Positions 49,449-62,835 of a stretch of DNA of 64,000 bases are shown here, piece by piece. The notes below the pieces were generated by a model. That model worked only from the letters and a program-made list of their open reading frames with translations, did no database searches and was not told the origin of the DNA. Where the stretch lies: the NCBI GenBank assembly GCA_024679065.1, contig JAGIQG010000006.1:54436001-54500000 (forward strand). Reading direction: 5' to 3'. The translations under genes and the position numbers were made by a program. Source of the stretch: Sphyrna mokarran (lineage: Eukaryota). Within the stretch, counting starts at the first letter, position 1. Every line of letters starts with the position of its first letter.

Positions 49449-51758
49449 ATAGGCAATGGAAGATTAGCATATGATGCTCATGGCTGGTGATCTTTGGGAG
49501 ATCAGTATTTAGTGATCAGATGCTAGCTGGATTTGGTGATGTGTAATGAGGCAGACTTGATTAGGCAACTTGAGGAGAAGGAACTCTTAGGGACCAGTGA
49601 CCACAATATGATAGAATTTACCTTGCAATTTGACAGGTGAAGGCTGGAATCAGATGTAATGGTATTACAATTAAATAAAGGTAACTACAATGATATGAGG
49701 GAAAAGCTGGCCAGAGTTGATTGCAAAGGGAGTCTAGCAGGAAAGACTGAAACAGCAATGGCAGGAGTTTTTGCGAGGCATTTAGGAGGCACAACAGAAA
49801 TTCACCCAAGGAGAAGGAAACATGTTTAGGGGAGGACGAGGCATCCATGACTGATGAGAAAAGTCAAGGACAGCATAAAAGCAAAAGAAAACATACAAAA
49901 TAGCAAGGATGAGTAGGAAGCCAAAGGATTGGGAAGCCTTTAAAAGTAAGCACAAGACAATTAAAAAAATCAATAAGGGGTGGGAAGAGAGGATGAAATA
50001 TGAGTGTAAGCAAGTTAGTAATATAAAAGAAGATAGGAAGATAAGAGAGAGGCAAAATAGACATTGGATCACTGGAAAATGAGGCTGGAGAAGTAATAAT
50101 AGGAAACAAAGAAATGGCAGAGGAACTGAGTAGTTACTTTACAGTAAGAAGTCTCACAACACTAGATTAAAATACAACAGGTTTATTTGGTAGCAAAAGC
50201 CACTAGCTTTTAGAACTCTGCTCCTTTGTCAGTGAAGTAGGAGTTGTGTTCATAAACAGACTACATAAAGACACAAACTCAATTTACAGAATAATGGTTG
50301 GAATGCAAATCTTTATAGGTAACCAAGTCTTAAAGACAATGTGAGTGGAGGGAGGGTTAAGAACAGATTAAAGAGATGTTTATTGTCTCCAGCTGGGACA
50401 GTTAGTGAATTTTGCAAGTCCAGGCAAGTCATGAGGATTACAGATTAGTGTGACATGAACCCAAGATTCCGGTTGAGGCCGTCCTCATATATGCAGAACT
50501 TGGCTATCAATCTCTGCTCAGCGACTCTGCATTGTTGTATGTCATGAAAGCTGTCTTGGAGAACACTTACACATAGATCAGCGGCTGAATGCCCGTGACC
50601 ACTGAAGTGTTCCCCAACTGGAAGAGAATACTGTTGCCTGGTGATTGTTGAGCAGTGTTCATTCATCCGTTGTTGTAGCGTCTGCATGGTCTCCCCAGTG
50701 TACCATGCCTCGGGACATCCTTTCTTGCAGCGCATCAGATATACTATGTTGGCCGAGTTGCAAGAGTATGTAACATGTACCTAATGGACAGTGCTCTCAC
50801 GTAACATGATGGCATCCATGCCAATGATCCGGCATGTCTTGCAGAGGTTGTTGTGGCAGGGTTGTGTGGTGTCATGATCACTGTTCTCCTGAAGGCTGGG
50901 TAGCATTCTGTGGACTATGGTCTGTTTAAGGTTGTGCGGCTGTTTGAAGGCAAGAAATGGGGGTGTGGGGATGGCCTTTGCGAGATGTTCGTCTTTATCA
51001 ATGACATGTTGAAGGCTCTGGAGAAGATGTTGTAGCTTTTCTGCTCTGGGGAAGTACTGGACAATGAAGGATACTCTGTCTGCTGTGTCTCATGTTTATG
51101 TTCTAGGAGGTCAGTGCGGTTTTTCACTGTGGGCGTCGGACCTGTTGATCGATGAGTCAAGTGCTGTATCCTGTTCTTATCAGGGCATCTTTCAGCATCT
51201 GAAGATGTCTGTTGCGATCCTCCTCATCTGAGCAGATCCTGTGTATAGGGAGGGCTTATCCAAAGGGGATGATTTCTTTAACGTGTTGAGAGCGGAAGCT
51301 GGAGAAGTAGAACATCGTGAGATTATCTGTGCGCTTGCGGTACGGTGAAGTGCTGAGGTGATCATCCTTGATGAAAAGGCATGTGCCCAAGAATGCAACT
51401 GATCCTGGAGAGTAGACCATGGTGAGTCTGATGGAACCTTTTGATGTCATCATATAGTTGTTTCAGTGATTGTCCACCATGATTTGGCCTCTGATCTTTG
51501 GGTAAGTGTATTCCAAGGCGGACTTCACAACACATGACGATGCAGAGTCGTTGAGCAGAGACTAATAGCCAAGTTCTGCACTTATGAGGAGAGCCTCAAT
51601 CAGGATCTTGGGTTTATGTCACACTATCAGTAACCCCCACGATTTGACTGGGCTTGCAAAATTTCACTAAGTGTCCCAGCTGGAGTCAATTCACATCTCT
51701 TTAACCTGTGCTCAACCCTCTCTCCACTCAAATTGTCCGTATCTTTAAGATTTGATTA

Positions 51759-52365
51759 GAACATAGAACGTAGAACATTACAGCACAGAACAGGCCCTTC
51801 GGCCTTCGATGTTGCGCCAACCAATATAAAAAGCAATGCCCCTCCAAACTAAACCATTCCCTTCTCTTCCATATACTTATCAACTAACCTCTTAAACGCC
51901 ACCAAACTTGGCGCATCTACAACTGCTGCAGGCAGGGCATTCCACTCCCGAACCACCTTTGGGTAAAGAACCTACCTCTGATATCCGTCCTATAACTATC
52001 ACCCCTTAATTTAAAGCTGTGTCCCCTCGTGCTAGCTTTTTCCATCCTAGGAAAAAGGCTATCACTGTCCACCCTATCTAAACCTCTAATCATCTTATAT
52101 GTTTCGATCAGGTCTCCTCTTAGCCGCCTCCTTTCTAACGAAAACAACTCAAATCCCTCAGCCTCTCCTCATAAGACCTGCCCTCCATACCAGGCAACAT
52201 CCTGGTAAACCTCCTCTGTACCCTCTCCAATGCCTCCACATCTTTCTTATAATGTGGGGACCAGAACTGTACACAATACTCCAAGTGCGGCCGCACTAGA
52301 GTTTTGTACAGTTGCAACATGACGTTGTGGCTCCGAAATTCAATTCCTCTACCAATAAAAGCCAA
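51759..52365 (-). mobile_element. Young CR1/HER1 copy nested in the Penelope inverted arm
   Basis: About 98% identical to 14696-15310; 5-bp TSD GATTA (51754-51758, 52366-52370). Confidence 0.95.
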
Positions 52366-52453
52366 GATTACCTGTAAAGACTCACATTCCAATCATTATT
52401 TTGTAAATTGAGCTTGAGTCTTTACATGCCTTGTTTGTGAACAGAACTCCCAC

Positions 52454-52490
52454 TTACCTGACGAAGGAGGAGCACTCTGAAAGCTAGTGG
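52454..52490 (+). ncRNA. Minimal type-I hammerhead ribozyme motif, core intact
   Basis: UUAC-CUGACGA-A-GGAG GAGCA CUCU-GAAA-GC-UA-GUGG. Confidence 0.6.
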
Positions 52491-52858
52491 CTGTTGCTAC
52501 CAAATAATCCTGTTGGACTTTAACCTGGTGTTATGAGTCCAATGCTGGCATCTCCACATTATAGTTACTTTACGCCAATCTTCATGGTGGAAGAAACCAG
52601 TGGGATGTCAGAGCTCCAGGAAAATCAGGGGGCACAAATGAGGGCCATCAATAAAGAAAAGGTCCTGGGAAACTGAAAAGTTTGAAGGCAGATAAATCAT
52701 CTGGACCAGTTGGACTACACCCAGGGTTCTAAAAGAGAAAGCTGAGGAAATTGTGGAGGCATCACCGGAGATAGAGAGAGTCCTAGAGGATTGGAAGGTA
52801 GCTAATACAACACTATTGTTTAAGAAAGGAAGGAGGCAGCAGAAGGGAAATTATAGCA

Positions 52859-53480
52859 ATGTTAGCATTCATGTTGAGAGGGCTAGAAAGCAAGACCAGG
52901 GATGTACTTCTGAGGCTGTATAGGGCTCTGGTCAGATCCCATTTGGAGTATTATGAACAGTTTTGGACCCCATATCTAAGGAAGGATATGCTGGTTTTGG
53001 AAAGCATCCAGAGGATGTTCACAAGAATGATCCCTGAATGAAGAACTTGTGGTATATAGAATGGTTGAAGATTCTGGGTTTGTACCCATTGCAGTTTAGA
53101 AGGATGCGGGGGGAATCTCATTGATACTGCGAGATCTAGGTAGAGTGGACGTGGAGAGGATGTTTCCACTAGTTGGAAAAACTAGTACCAGAGGGCACAA
53201 TATCAGGCTAAAGGGATCATCCTTTAAAACAGAAATGAGGAGGAATTTCTTCAGCCAGAATGTGGTGCATCTGTGGAAATATTTGTCACAGATGGCTGTG
53301 GAGACGAGGTCATTGAGTGTCTTTAAGACAGAGATTTACAGGTTCTTGATTAAGGGGATTGTGGGGAAAAGGTAAGAGAATGGGGACGAGAGAAATATCA
53401 GCCATGATTGAATGGCAGGGTAGATTCAATGGGCCAAGTGGCCTAATTCTGCTCCTATGTCTTACTCTCTTATGGTCTTA
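52859..53480 (+). mobile_element. CR1 ORF2 C-terminus and 3' tail (same subfamily as 8750-9320)
   Basis: ORFs 52859-53041 and 53121-53375; tail CCTAATTCTGCTCCTATGTCTT..TATGGTCTTA. Confidence 0.9.
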
Positions 53481-53861
53481 TAACTCCAGATAGATGCATC
53501 TCAGCTGCTGCCCTGGCTTTCTGGCCCAGCAGGACCGGAGAATCCCACTGGTGTGAACAGCTGGAAAATCCCAGCTTTCTGGCCCAGTTAACTGCCTGAT
53601 ACCATAATGAGTATTGATTGAGGAGGCAGTGAGAGAACAGATGTACTGTCATCGTAAGATAGGGCAACACATGTCACTCCCATTAAATGATTTCCAATCC
53701 TGTGCAACTGTTGTTTATCACTCCCATTGAAACTCAAGAATGCCAGTTTCAGGAGATCGAATGAAAAAGTAAAATAGTGACTTACTTGTTTCACGCAGGT
53801 TTCTTTGCAAGGTCAATGTTTCTCTTCTTTCTTAATCCTTTTATTTTGTTTTTGGATGACT

Positions 53862-54160
53862 GAATCATAGAATCTCTACAGTGCAGAAGGAGGCCATTCA
53901 ACCCATTGAGTCTGCACTCACCACAATCCTACCCAGGCCAATTCCCATAACACCATATATTTACCCAGATAATCTCCCTTCAGCTTGGCCAATCAACCTA
54001 ACCTGCATATCTTTGGATTATGGGAGGAAACCAGAGCATTCAGTTGAAACCCACACAGATATAGCGAGAATATGTAAACTCCACACAGACAGTGAACCGA
54101 GAATGAAATTGAACCCTGGTCCGTGGCGCTGTGAGGCAGCAGTGCTAACCACATGTGTGC
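53862..54160 (-). mobile_element. HE1-type V-SINE
   Basis: Reverse complement of tRNA head (GCTGTGAGGCAGCAGTGCTAACC), V domain and CATAGAATC tail. Confidence 0.88.
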
Positions 54161-54235
54161 CTTTCCTGACTGCTAACAGCCATTCACACCTCATAAAGAC
54201 ACATCTTTTGTTTTATTATTTACTCAATTTCATTG

Positions 54236-54546
54236 GGCAATTCAGTGATACAGTAGCTAGTACTGCTGCCTCACAGTGTCAGGGACCCGGGTTCAATTAT
54301 AGCTTCAGATGAGAATTTGCATATTCCCACGGTGTCTGTATGGGTTTCCTTTGGGTGCTTCAATTTCCTCTCATAATCTAAAGATGTGCATGTTAGATTG
54401 GTTGGCCATTATAAATTTTCCCTTAGTAACAGGGGGATTAGTGGGATAATTACACCGAGTTACAGGGATAGGGTCTGGGTGGGACAGTTATCGGTGCAGG
54501 CTTGATGGGATGACTGTCCTCCTACTGCACTATAGGGATTCTATGC
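54236..54546 (+). mobile_element. HE1-type V-SINE
   Basis: ACTGCTGCCTCACAG..GGGACCCGGGTTCAATT, V domain, GGGATTCTATG tail. Confidence 0.88.
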
Positions 54547-57537
54547 TACATGCTCAGAACTTCATCCTATCTGCACATTTCCCTCAAGAAGATTGGTGGG
54601 GAAGAGACTGTTGTCCACTTCCTTTGTTGAATATGAAGGTCAGGAGGGAGTTGATGTAGCACTTATCAAGTTTCCTCCCAAACAGCTCCCTGATGCAGTA
54701 GTCTGTGCTCTCCAGTTATTTCCAGGACATATGTTGAAATAAATACTAGCTGTTGTTGGAGGATCATAAATTTGTTGAAAGAAGCTCTTTAGTCTTTCCA
54801 AAACTTGTTCATCTTCCAGTATAGCGTTGTCCCTGATGTTGTAGATTTTATATTACAAGCGTTACAAAGCCTAGGACTATGTGCTGGGGGATGTAAAGCT
54901 TGGGGCAACTGCCACAGAGGTGTAATGAGGAAAGGTTCTTATCAACCATAGTGTATTGAAGGGCTGGAAATTATACAGAACCCCTTGGGTTTCTGATTCA
55001 TGTTGAATGTATGTGGTGAATATTATATATATCACAATTGTATTGAAGCACTTCAAAGGGCAACATGATCTATGTAGACAACTTAAATACCTTTGCAGCA
55101 TTTGTAATGATCATTCCAAAATGTCTGTAATGTTCCTTTGTTTGTATTGAAGCACCTCAGAGTGCAAATGTAAATATTGTTGCACTTTCTGTGATGGCTA
55201 TTTTGAAACATTTACAATGTTCTGTCAGAAATTTTAGGAACAAGTTATAGTTTCGCAAAATAAAATTGGTTTATTTTCCATATCTAAGAATAAAGAGCAT
55301 GCTCAAACATAATATTGGTCAATTCACAATATTTACAGGCGACGATCTCTGGACATTCCAGCCAAGCACAACATTGTAAATTGCTTTAATACCCCAAATG
55401 TACTGTAGATTTATGTTGCTGTTGATACTGGCTATTGGCATGAGCTGCAAATCCTAAGGAAATGTTATTGAACCTCCTGTAGTTATGGTAGCTCAGTTAT
55501 GCTGGTTGTACATCTGCCCTTTCCAACTTCCGGACTCAGATGTGTAGTCAAGTATATATTCTGAATTTCAGGTAAAGCAATTAATTCAGCTACATATGCT
55601 TATACATGGGGTTAGTCATTTATTGAGTTAAAAACACAGTATAGAAGGAGTGGGATCAATTGAAGTATTGATAAGTGCCAAGTGTTAAACATACTTATGA
55701 TGCTTGTTGATAAATGGGCAACGCCTGATCAACAGCTGGTATCAGATTGCAAATTCCAGCCAATCTAAAGAAATTTAGGAACCAAAATTTGAAATGTTTT
55801 GAACAATCTTATTTCAATATTCAGTTGAGGCTTTAACTCATTTCAAGGGTCACCTAAGAAAAAAAATTCCAAGCAATTCAGAGAGGTTGAACATCCAATT
55901 CATTTCAGTTGTGGGCTTTCACCCAGCTAAAATGGTTATGAGAAAAATTTAGATCTCATTTTGAATTTAGATCTCATAACATCTAACGCCATCAAAATTG
56001 AATGTCAGGAGAAGAAACAGAAAAACATCTGTTTGATCATCTTTCTAGAGTGCTTAGGGTATGTATCTTATTAAATTACCAGTGCATCTTGGGGGCGAAA
56101 TTGACTTTGCCTAACAGCACAAAATGGGTAAAAACAAATTGGCAAATTAGATTCTGAAATCAGATGAGATGTTAAGTAGGCTTCCAATTCACAATCACTC
56201 AATTTGTACTATTGACCATCACCAATTTCACTCTGGATGTTTCTTGTACATCAGTAAGCAAATCTGTTATTTTGTGGGGAATCTCTGTGGCAATCTTTCT
56301 ATACTGTTATCTAATGTGAATCTCCACCTTGGAAAGAATTACACTTTATCATCAGAAACCATTAGCAATGTTAAAGTAGAGTAAACTTCTCTGAGAAACA
56401 AAAATAGGACTTAACTGAACCTTAACCTCTTTCTGACCCTAGAATCATGGATTATTGACATAATTATCAACCAGACACTAATGTGATATATCAAGGATCT
56501 AATTGGATAACATTCAGAGAATTGAACAGAAAGCACTCAGATTCATATGTTCTTCATGGCATGAAGGTTAAGAATGTAAGAAGCGTATGATTAAATATTA
56601 CTACAGATCAAACATTTCCTTACATTATTTTGTTTTGTTTATGAAATATTTTGTCTATCTTGGCATTAATTGTAGCTAATCCTTCGTCTCTTAGAGAGAG
56701 TTCTATGAATATTAACACAGTTCTAAATAAATCAACATCAAGAAGCAGTTGAAACGCCACAGCGTTAATGAGTTTTTGGTTCAATACCTTTCCCAGTCCT
56801 TGCCAGGATGATCAAGGAATGTCATGCAGACTCAGGAAGAAACACCAACAGGAAGAAGCTTAGCCTACTTAGTTGCTTTCTTTTCATATTGTTTATATCA
56901 TGAGGCTTGCTAGTCCCTGAATCCCTGAAAGATAGATTAACTTTCCTTATCTGCAATCACCATAGAATGTGGGAATCATTGGTGCTATATCATTACCTAA
57001 GGTGACTTCTTCAGATGTGTGCAAGTTGAAGATTAGTGTTGCCCATACGATTGCCACTGAAACTGTATACTGCCAGTGTCATCAAGCCCATGCGGAGAAA
57101 TGTTTGAGAAAAGAAACAGGATGTGAATTGGGAACTCTGAGAATAGAAGTGTGAACAGTGCAATGCACAAACCAATAGTACATTTTAAACTCAAAACAAT
57201 AATTGTTATTGATGCCAAAAGAGATTTGACACTTTCTGTAGCAGCATGATCATCTTGTAACAGCAAATGATTGGTTAAAGTAAAATACTGGACAATCTTC
57301 TTCATTTCCGTGTCTATTGACCCAGCACTCTGACCATCACCACTTTTGTGCTTTTTTGAAAATTGTTCTTATCAAAGAATAAGAGCATATATTGTTCAAA
57401 GTATTCCTGATTTTAGAAAATAACATTCTTTCACTCAAATTTAATTTGAACTTTTTTAAAATAAACTTCTACTTATTCCATCCAGTTTCCTCTTGAATTT
57501 TGTTTTCAGACAATGGGCGGGTTTTTTTGACCATTCC

Positions 57538-59460
57538 TGATTTGATTTGTTGTTGCCACATGTATTAACATACAATGAAGAGTGTTGTTTCTTGTGTGGT
57601 ATGTAGACAGAGCATGTTTTCAGAAAAAGAAATGAGAGAGTGTAGAATGTAATGTTACAATCATAGCTAGGGTTTTAAAGAAAGAGTAACCTAATGCAAG
57701 GTAACTCCATTCAAAAGTCTGATGGCGACCGGGAAGAAGCTGTTCTTGAGTCGTTTGGTACGTGACCTCAGACTTTTGTATATATTTTTCCTGACAGAAG
57801 AAGTTGGAAGAAAGAATGCGTGGGGTCCTTAATTACGCTGGCTTCTTTGCCAAGGCAGCGGGAAGTGTAGACAGAGTCAATGGATGGGAGCTTGGCTTTG
57901 TGATGGATTGTGCTACATTCCTAACCTTTTATAGTTCCTAGCAGTCTTGGGCAGAGCAGGAGCCATGTCATGATATAATATAACCAGAAAGAATGCTTTC
58001 TATATTGCATCTGTAAAAGCTGACATGCCAAATTTCCTTAGTCTTCTGAGAAAGTAGAGACGTTGGTGGATTTACTTAACTACAGTGTCGGCATGGGAGG
58101 ATCAGGACAGGTTATTGGTGATCTAGTCACCTAAAAACCTGAAGCTCTCAATTATTTCTGTTTCATCCCCATTAATATTAGACAGGGGCATGTTCTCCTC
58201 TATACTTACTGAAGTCAATGACAACCTTCTTCGTTTTGCTGACATTGAGGGAGAGAATATTATTGCTGCACCAATTCAGTAGATTCTCTAACTCATTCCT
58301 GTACTCTGTATCAACATTGTTTGAGATCTGACCCATTACAATGATATCATCAGCAAATTTGAAAATCGAGTTGGTAACGAATTTGACCACACAATTATAG
58401 GTATGTAAGAAGTAGAATAGAAGGCTGAGAACATAGCCTTGTAGGGCATCAGTGTTGAGGATGATCGTGGAGGAGGTTTTGTTGTCTATCCTTACTGATT
58501 GTGGTCTGTGAGTTAGGAAGTTCGGGATCCAGTCACAGAGCGAGGTGCCGAGGCCCAGGTCATGGCGTTTGGAGATGAATTTCATGGGAATAATGGTATT
58601 GAGGGCTGAGCTGTAGTCAATAAATAGAAGTCTGACATAAGTGTCCTTGTTGTCTATGTATTCCAGGGTTGAGTGCAGGGCCAGGGAGATGGCATCTGGA
58701 AGGGACCTGATGTGGCTGTAGGCAAACTGTAGTGGATCCAGGTAATCTGGGAGGGTAGAATTGATTCATGCCATGACTAGCCTTTCAAAACACTTCATAA
58801 TGATAGATGTCAGAGTCACTGAACGATTAAGGTACACTGCTTGGTTTTTCTTAAGTACCAGGATGATGGTCATTTCTTGAACAAATAAGAATTACAGATT
58901 GTTGTAAAGAAAGATTGAAGATGTATGTGAATATTCCCGCCAGCTGATCCGTCAGGATCTGAGTGCTGGTCTGGGTATCCATCTGGGCCAGTCACTTTCT
59001 GTGGGTTGACTTTCAAGAACGGTGCTCTGAGATCTGCAATGCTGACTCCAGATACAGGTTCATCCAGGGCTTGCAAGTTGGAGAGCATGTTTTCACTGAT
59101 CTTTTGCTCAAAATGAGCGTAGAATGTGTTGTTCTCATGAGGGAGGGATGTGTTGGAATCGGCGATACTACCGACAATCCATCGACTCCAAGCAGCCCAT
59201 AGGAGATTATCCAATTCTTCAGAACAACGTTGCACAACTTTCTTTGTTGGATTCTCCTGCTTCAGTTTTTACTTGTAAACCAGGAGCAAGAGTACAGCCT
59301 TGTGATCTGATTTGCCAAACTGTGGGCAGGTGATAGAGTGGTAGGAATATTTGATATTTGTGCAGCAGTGGTCTAGGATGTTTGGTCCTCTGGTGGAAGA
59401 GAAGACATGCTGGTGGTAACTTGTAGAATGCTTTTGACCTTGGCCTGATTGAGCTTGGCC
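57538..59460 (-). mobile_element. Rex1/Babar LINE (APE end, RT, 3' tail), apparently inserted in a short MITE (57514-57537 plus 59461-59595)
   Basis: [36 protein letters not shown]; (TTTGA)n tail; possible CCTGAT TSD. Confidence 0.9.
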
Positions 59461-60042
59461 TGATCCCGCTGTTAGTGGGATCTTCAAATCCCATTGACAA
59501 TGGCGGGACTGGCAGGACCAGATGATCCCAACACTGGTCAACGTCAGACTGCTGTTGCCACAAAATATGCCATGGATGACGTGAAAAATCCCACTTAATG
59601 TCTTATGGCAAGAATAATGTCATAGTTTGGATTATTCCTCTTTGGTAGTGCAAGGAGCCAATATAGATTAGAAAGCACAGGGATTGTGGGAGAATGGGAC
59701 TTGATGTGAGTTCAGATATGGGCAACAGTTTTGGATGAATTTAAATTAATATAAGGTAAAAGAAGATGGAGTGGGGAGAGCATAGAATAGTCAAATCTAG
59801 TAATATAAATTCTGCGGATGAATAGTAAATGAACTGAGTCAATGACTAAATCAAATGTTACAAAGGTGGTTGTGATGATGCTACAAAGCCACAAAATATT
59901 AAGAACCTCTGTGACATTTTTTGATTGATAGGAAATTGTCCAGACCAATATTCTTCTGTCAACCACCATAATTAAAAAATAGGTTAATGGGTCCTTTAAC
60001 TCAATGCTTTTTGTAATTCCTTGCTGTATATGAATCGCCATT

Positions 60043-60170
60043 GGCCAGAATTCTCCCATCATGCCTGCCAACTGGAATTTTAGCGGGCAGGTTATGGAGA
60101 ATATGCAACACCATTGATGCTTGGGCAGGAATTTCCAGCTTTTAGATCAGCGCGGCTGGAGAATTCCGTT
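60043..60170. mobile_element. Short MITE-like element
   Basis: GGCCAGAATTCTCC ... GGAGAATTCCG inverted ends. Confidence 0.55.
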
Positions 60171-60259
60171 CATTATGTTTGCTTCAGTAACAACAGTAAC
60201 TGCAATTCAAAGTTATTTATTTTACAAAAATTGGTCCAGAAAACAATTTGATAATTGAG

Positions 60260-60493
60260 CAGACAGCTAAGAGTTGGTGTGGAACTAGATTCACATATAG
60301 GCTAGACAACATAGGTACAGCAACCTTCCTTCCCTAAAGTATATTATGTAGTGAGCCCATGGGTTTTTATAATAATCCAACAGTTTTGATGGTCACTTTT
60401 ATCAATTCATTCTTTGGCTGAATTCAAATTCTCAGGTTGCCTAGTATCAACTCACATTTCCTAGTTATTAATCTCAGCCTCTGTTACATAATC
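60260..60493 (-). mobile_element. Old tRNA-headed SINE remnant
   Basis: Homologous to 34545-34735; resumes after the Penelope insertion. Confidence 0.5.
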
Positions 60494-60603
60494 GCCTTTT
60501 GCCTCGCAGATTTACTATCAAATAAATCGGTTGGATTTAAAATTGGTGTTGCCAGATTCTTACTGAGTTTACCCCAGTCCAATGCCTGCATCTCTACATC
60601 ATG
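60494..60603 (+). mobile_element. Penelope family-B terminus with tail; hammerhead deleted
   Basis: Near-identical to 32151-32250; 8-bp TSD ACATAATC (60486-60493, 60604-60611). Confidence 0.88.
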
Positions 60604-60865
60604 ACATAATCACTACTGTCAGAGTACTGGATTGCATGATTGACAACCAAGGACATACAAAAGCAAAGGTTTATTGATAACCTGAGTTACTGCGCGTCTG
60701 CCCATTCTTTGGGGAGCGTCTTCCCAAACTCCCAACACATGGCCCTTATGCATCCATGTCATCCCAGTGTCCACATGACCACTCAGTTTGTAACTGCTCT
60801 CCCATATTGCTAGCATGAGAACAGATGCAAATAAAAGCAAACATGCTGTTTGTTCTAGTTCTAAC

Positions 60866-62835
60866 ATTCTGGAGTTTAAACAAAGGAAATTACATAGACA
60901 TGAGGACAGATTTGGCCTGACTGGAGTGGGCAGGAAGGCTAAAAGGTAGGACAGCGGATAAGCAGTGGCAGTTTTTCAAGGAGATACTTAAGTCCTTACA
61001 ACTAAAATATATCCCAGTGAGGAAGAAGGATGTTGAGAGGGGCGGGGTGGGGGGGGGGGGGGGGTGGTGGGTAATAAACATGTACGGCTAAACAAGGATC
61101 CTCGCATCCGTTATCAACAACTTTATAGCAGAGCATTTAGAAAGCAGTGGCAGGATCAGATAGAGACAGCATGGATTTATGAAGGGGAAATCATCCTTGA
61201 GAAATCTTTTGGAATTCTTTGGAGATGTAACTAGTAGAGTTGACATGGGAGAACCAGTAGATGTGGTATATTTGGACTTTCAGAAAGCATTTGGCAAAGT
61301 TAACTCACAAGGTGGCACAGTGGCTAACTCTCGCTTCACAGCGCTAGAGATCCAGATTCTATTCAGACCTCGGGTCACTGTCTGTGTGGGAATTTGCACA
61401 TTCTACCCCTGTCTGCGTCGGTTTTCTCGGGCTGCTGCGGATTCCTCCCATACTCCAAAGATGAGTGGGTTAGGTGGATTGGCCATGCTAAATTGACCCT
61501 AGTGTCAGGGAAATTAGTGGGGTAAATATGAGGGATTACGAGAATAAGGACTGGGTGGGTTTGTCAGTGCAGATTCGATGGGCCAAATAGCCCCCTTCTC
61601 ATTATAAGGATTCTCTGATTCTATGATTCTGCCAATCTGAACATTGTGAATATATAATTATTTCATTACTGAGCTCCATTCTTCCAATTGGATCCTGAAT
61701 CTACCTTTCCTTGAACTGTTTATAAGATTAGATCACCTGGGTTTAGGGATAATTTATTAGTTTGTGTAGGCGATGGCTGATGGACAGAAGACAGAGAGTT
61801 GGGATAGATTTTTTTTTCTGGATGCGCTGCAGGGTTTTGTCGTGGGGGCCCAGCTATTTACAATCCATGTTGATGACTTGGATACAGGGATAGAAGGTTC
61901 CATAGCCAAATTTACAGGTGAATGCAAAAATAGATGAGACAGTAAGTTGCAATGAAGAAATAAGAACCTTACAAATGCATATAGATAGATTAAGAGAGTG
62001 GGCCAAAATGTGGCAGATGGAGTTTAACGTGGATAATGTGTGGTCATGCATTTTGGTCACAAATATGAGAAGGTGACTTATTATCTAAATGGGGAGAGAC
62101 TTCAGGGTGCTGTGGTGCAGAGGAACCTGATTGTCTTCGTTCATGAGTCACAGAAAACTAGCATGCATGTACAGTGGATAATAAAGAAAGTGAATGGCAT
62201 GTTGGCATTTATAGCCAAAGGAATAGAATATAAAGGTAAGAAAGTGTTGTTGCAAATATTCAAGGCATTGATAAGGCCATACCTGGAGTATTGTGCACAG
62301 TTTTGGTCTCAGTATTTGAGGAAAGATGTTGTGACACTGGAGGCAGTCCAGAGGAGGTTCACAAAATTGATTCCAGAGATGAGGATTTGTCATATGAAGA
62401 GAGATTGAATAGTTTAGGCCTAGTTTAGGCCTGGAATTTAGAAGAATGAAGACAGGTCAAATTGAGGTAGTCAAGATGATAAAAAGTATGGATAAATTAG
62501 ATGTGGAGCAGATGCTTCCTCTTATGGGGCATTCTAAAATGAGAGGTCTTGGTCTTAGGATAAGGGGTAGCAAATTTAAAACAGAGTTGAGGAGAAACTA
62601 CTTCTCTCACAGGGTTGTGAATCTGTGGAATTCGCTACTCCACACTGCAGTAGCTGTTGGGACAGTGAGTAAATTTAAGGAGGAATTAGACAGATTTTTA
62701 TTTGGTAATGGTTGAAAGGTTATGGGGGGAAGGCAGGAAAATGGGGACGAGAAGTATATCAGCCATGAACAAATGATAGAGTGGACACGATGGGCAGAAA
62801 GGCCTAATTCTACTTCTATAGCTTATGAACTTATG
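60866..62835 (+). mobile_element. Degenerate CR1 ORF2 with internal deletions and an HE1 insertion
   Basis: QHGFMKGKSSLRNLLEFF..VDVVYLDFQKAF, WQMEFNV, YLEYCAQFWS, RRNYFSHRVVNLWNSL; CTTATG tail. Confidence 0.9.
61309..61628 (+). mobile_element. HE1-type V-SINE nested in CR1
   Basis: GGTGGCACAGTGGCTAAC head, V domain, (GATTCTAT)n tail. Confidence 0.88.

Larger units (their letters stand above)
50143..52561 (-). mobile_element. Penelope-like element (family A): RT C-terminus plus GIY-YIG, inverted pseudo-LTRs
   Basis: 12-bp TSD TAGTTACTTTAC (50131-50142, 52562-52573). ORF 50445-50735 is GIY-YIG (RCKKGCPEAWYTGET..VGEHF..GLN). 51256-51453 is RT (HLSTSPYRKRTD..SSF). Inverted arm 51530-51758 plus 52366-52561. 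Confidence 0.93.
49449..52858 (+). mobile_element. Old CR1 ORF2 (APE end and linker), split at 50142/52562 by a Penelope insertion
   Basis: LDLVMCNE, LGTSDHNMIEF, GNKEMAEELSSYF|..IFMVEE, DKSSGPVGLH-PRVLKE, PLFKKG-like motifs. Confidence 0.85.

Noticed and set aside
60617-60865. Possible solo LTR (TGT...ACA with minus-strand AATAAA); similar doubt for about 22862-23580
   Set aside because: No matching TSD found and boundaries cannot be supported.
61037-61071. G-quadruplex-forming G run
   Set aside because: A simple homopolymer expansion within a dead CR1 with no functional context; length may be a sequencing artefact.
62411-62432. Short direct duplications (AGTTTAGGCCT x2; also AATTTAGATCTCAT x2 near 55947-55978)
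   Set aside because: Ordinary slippage duplications.
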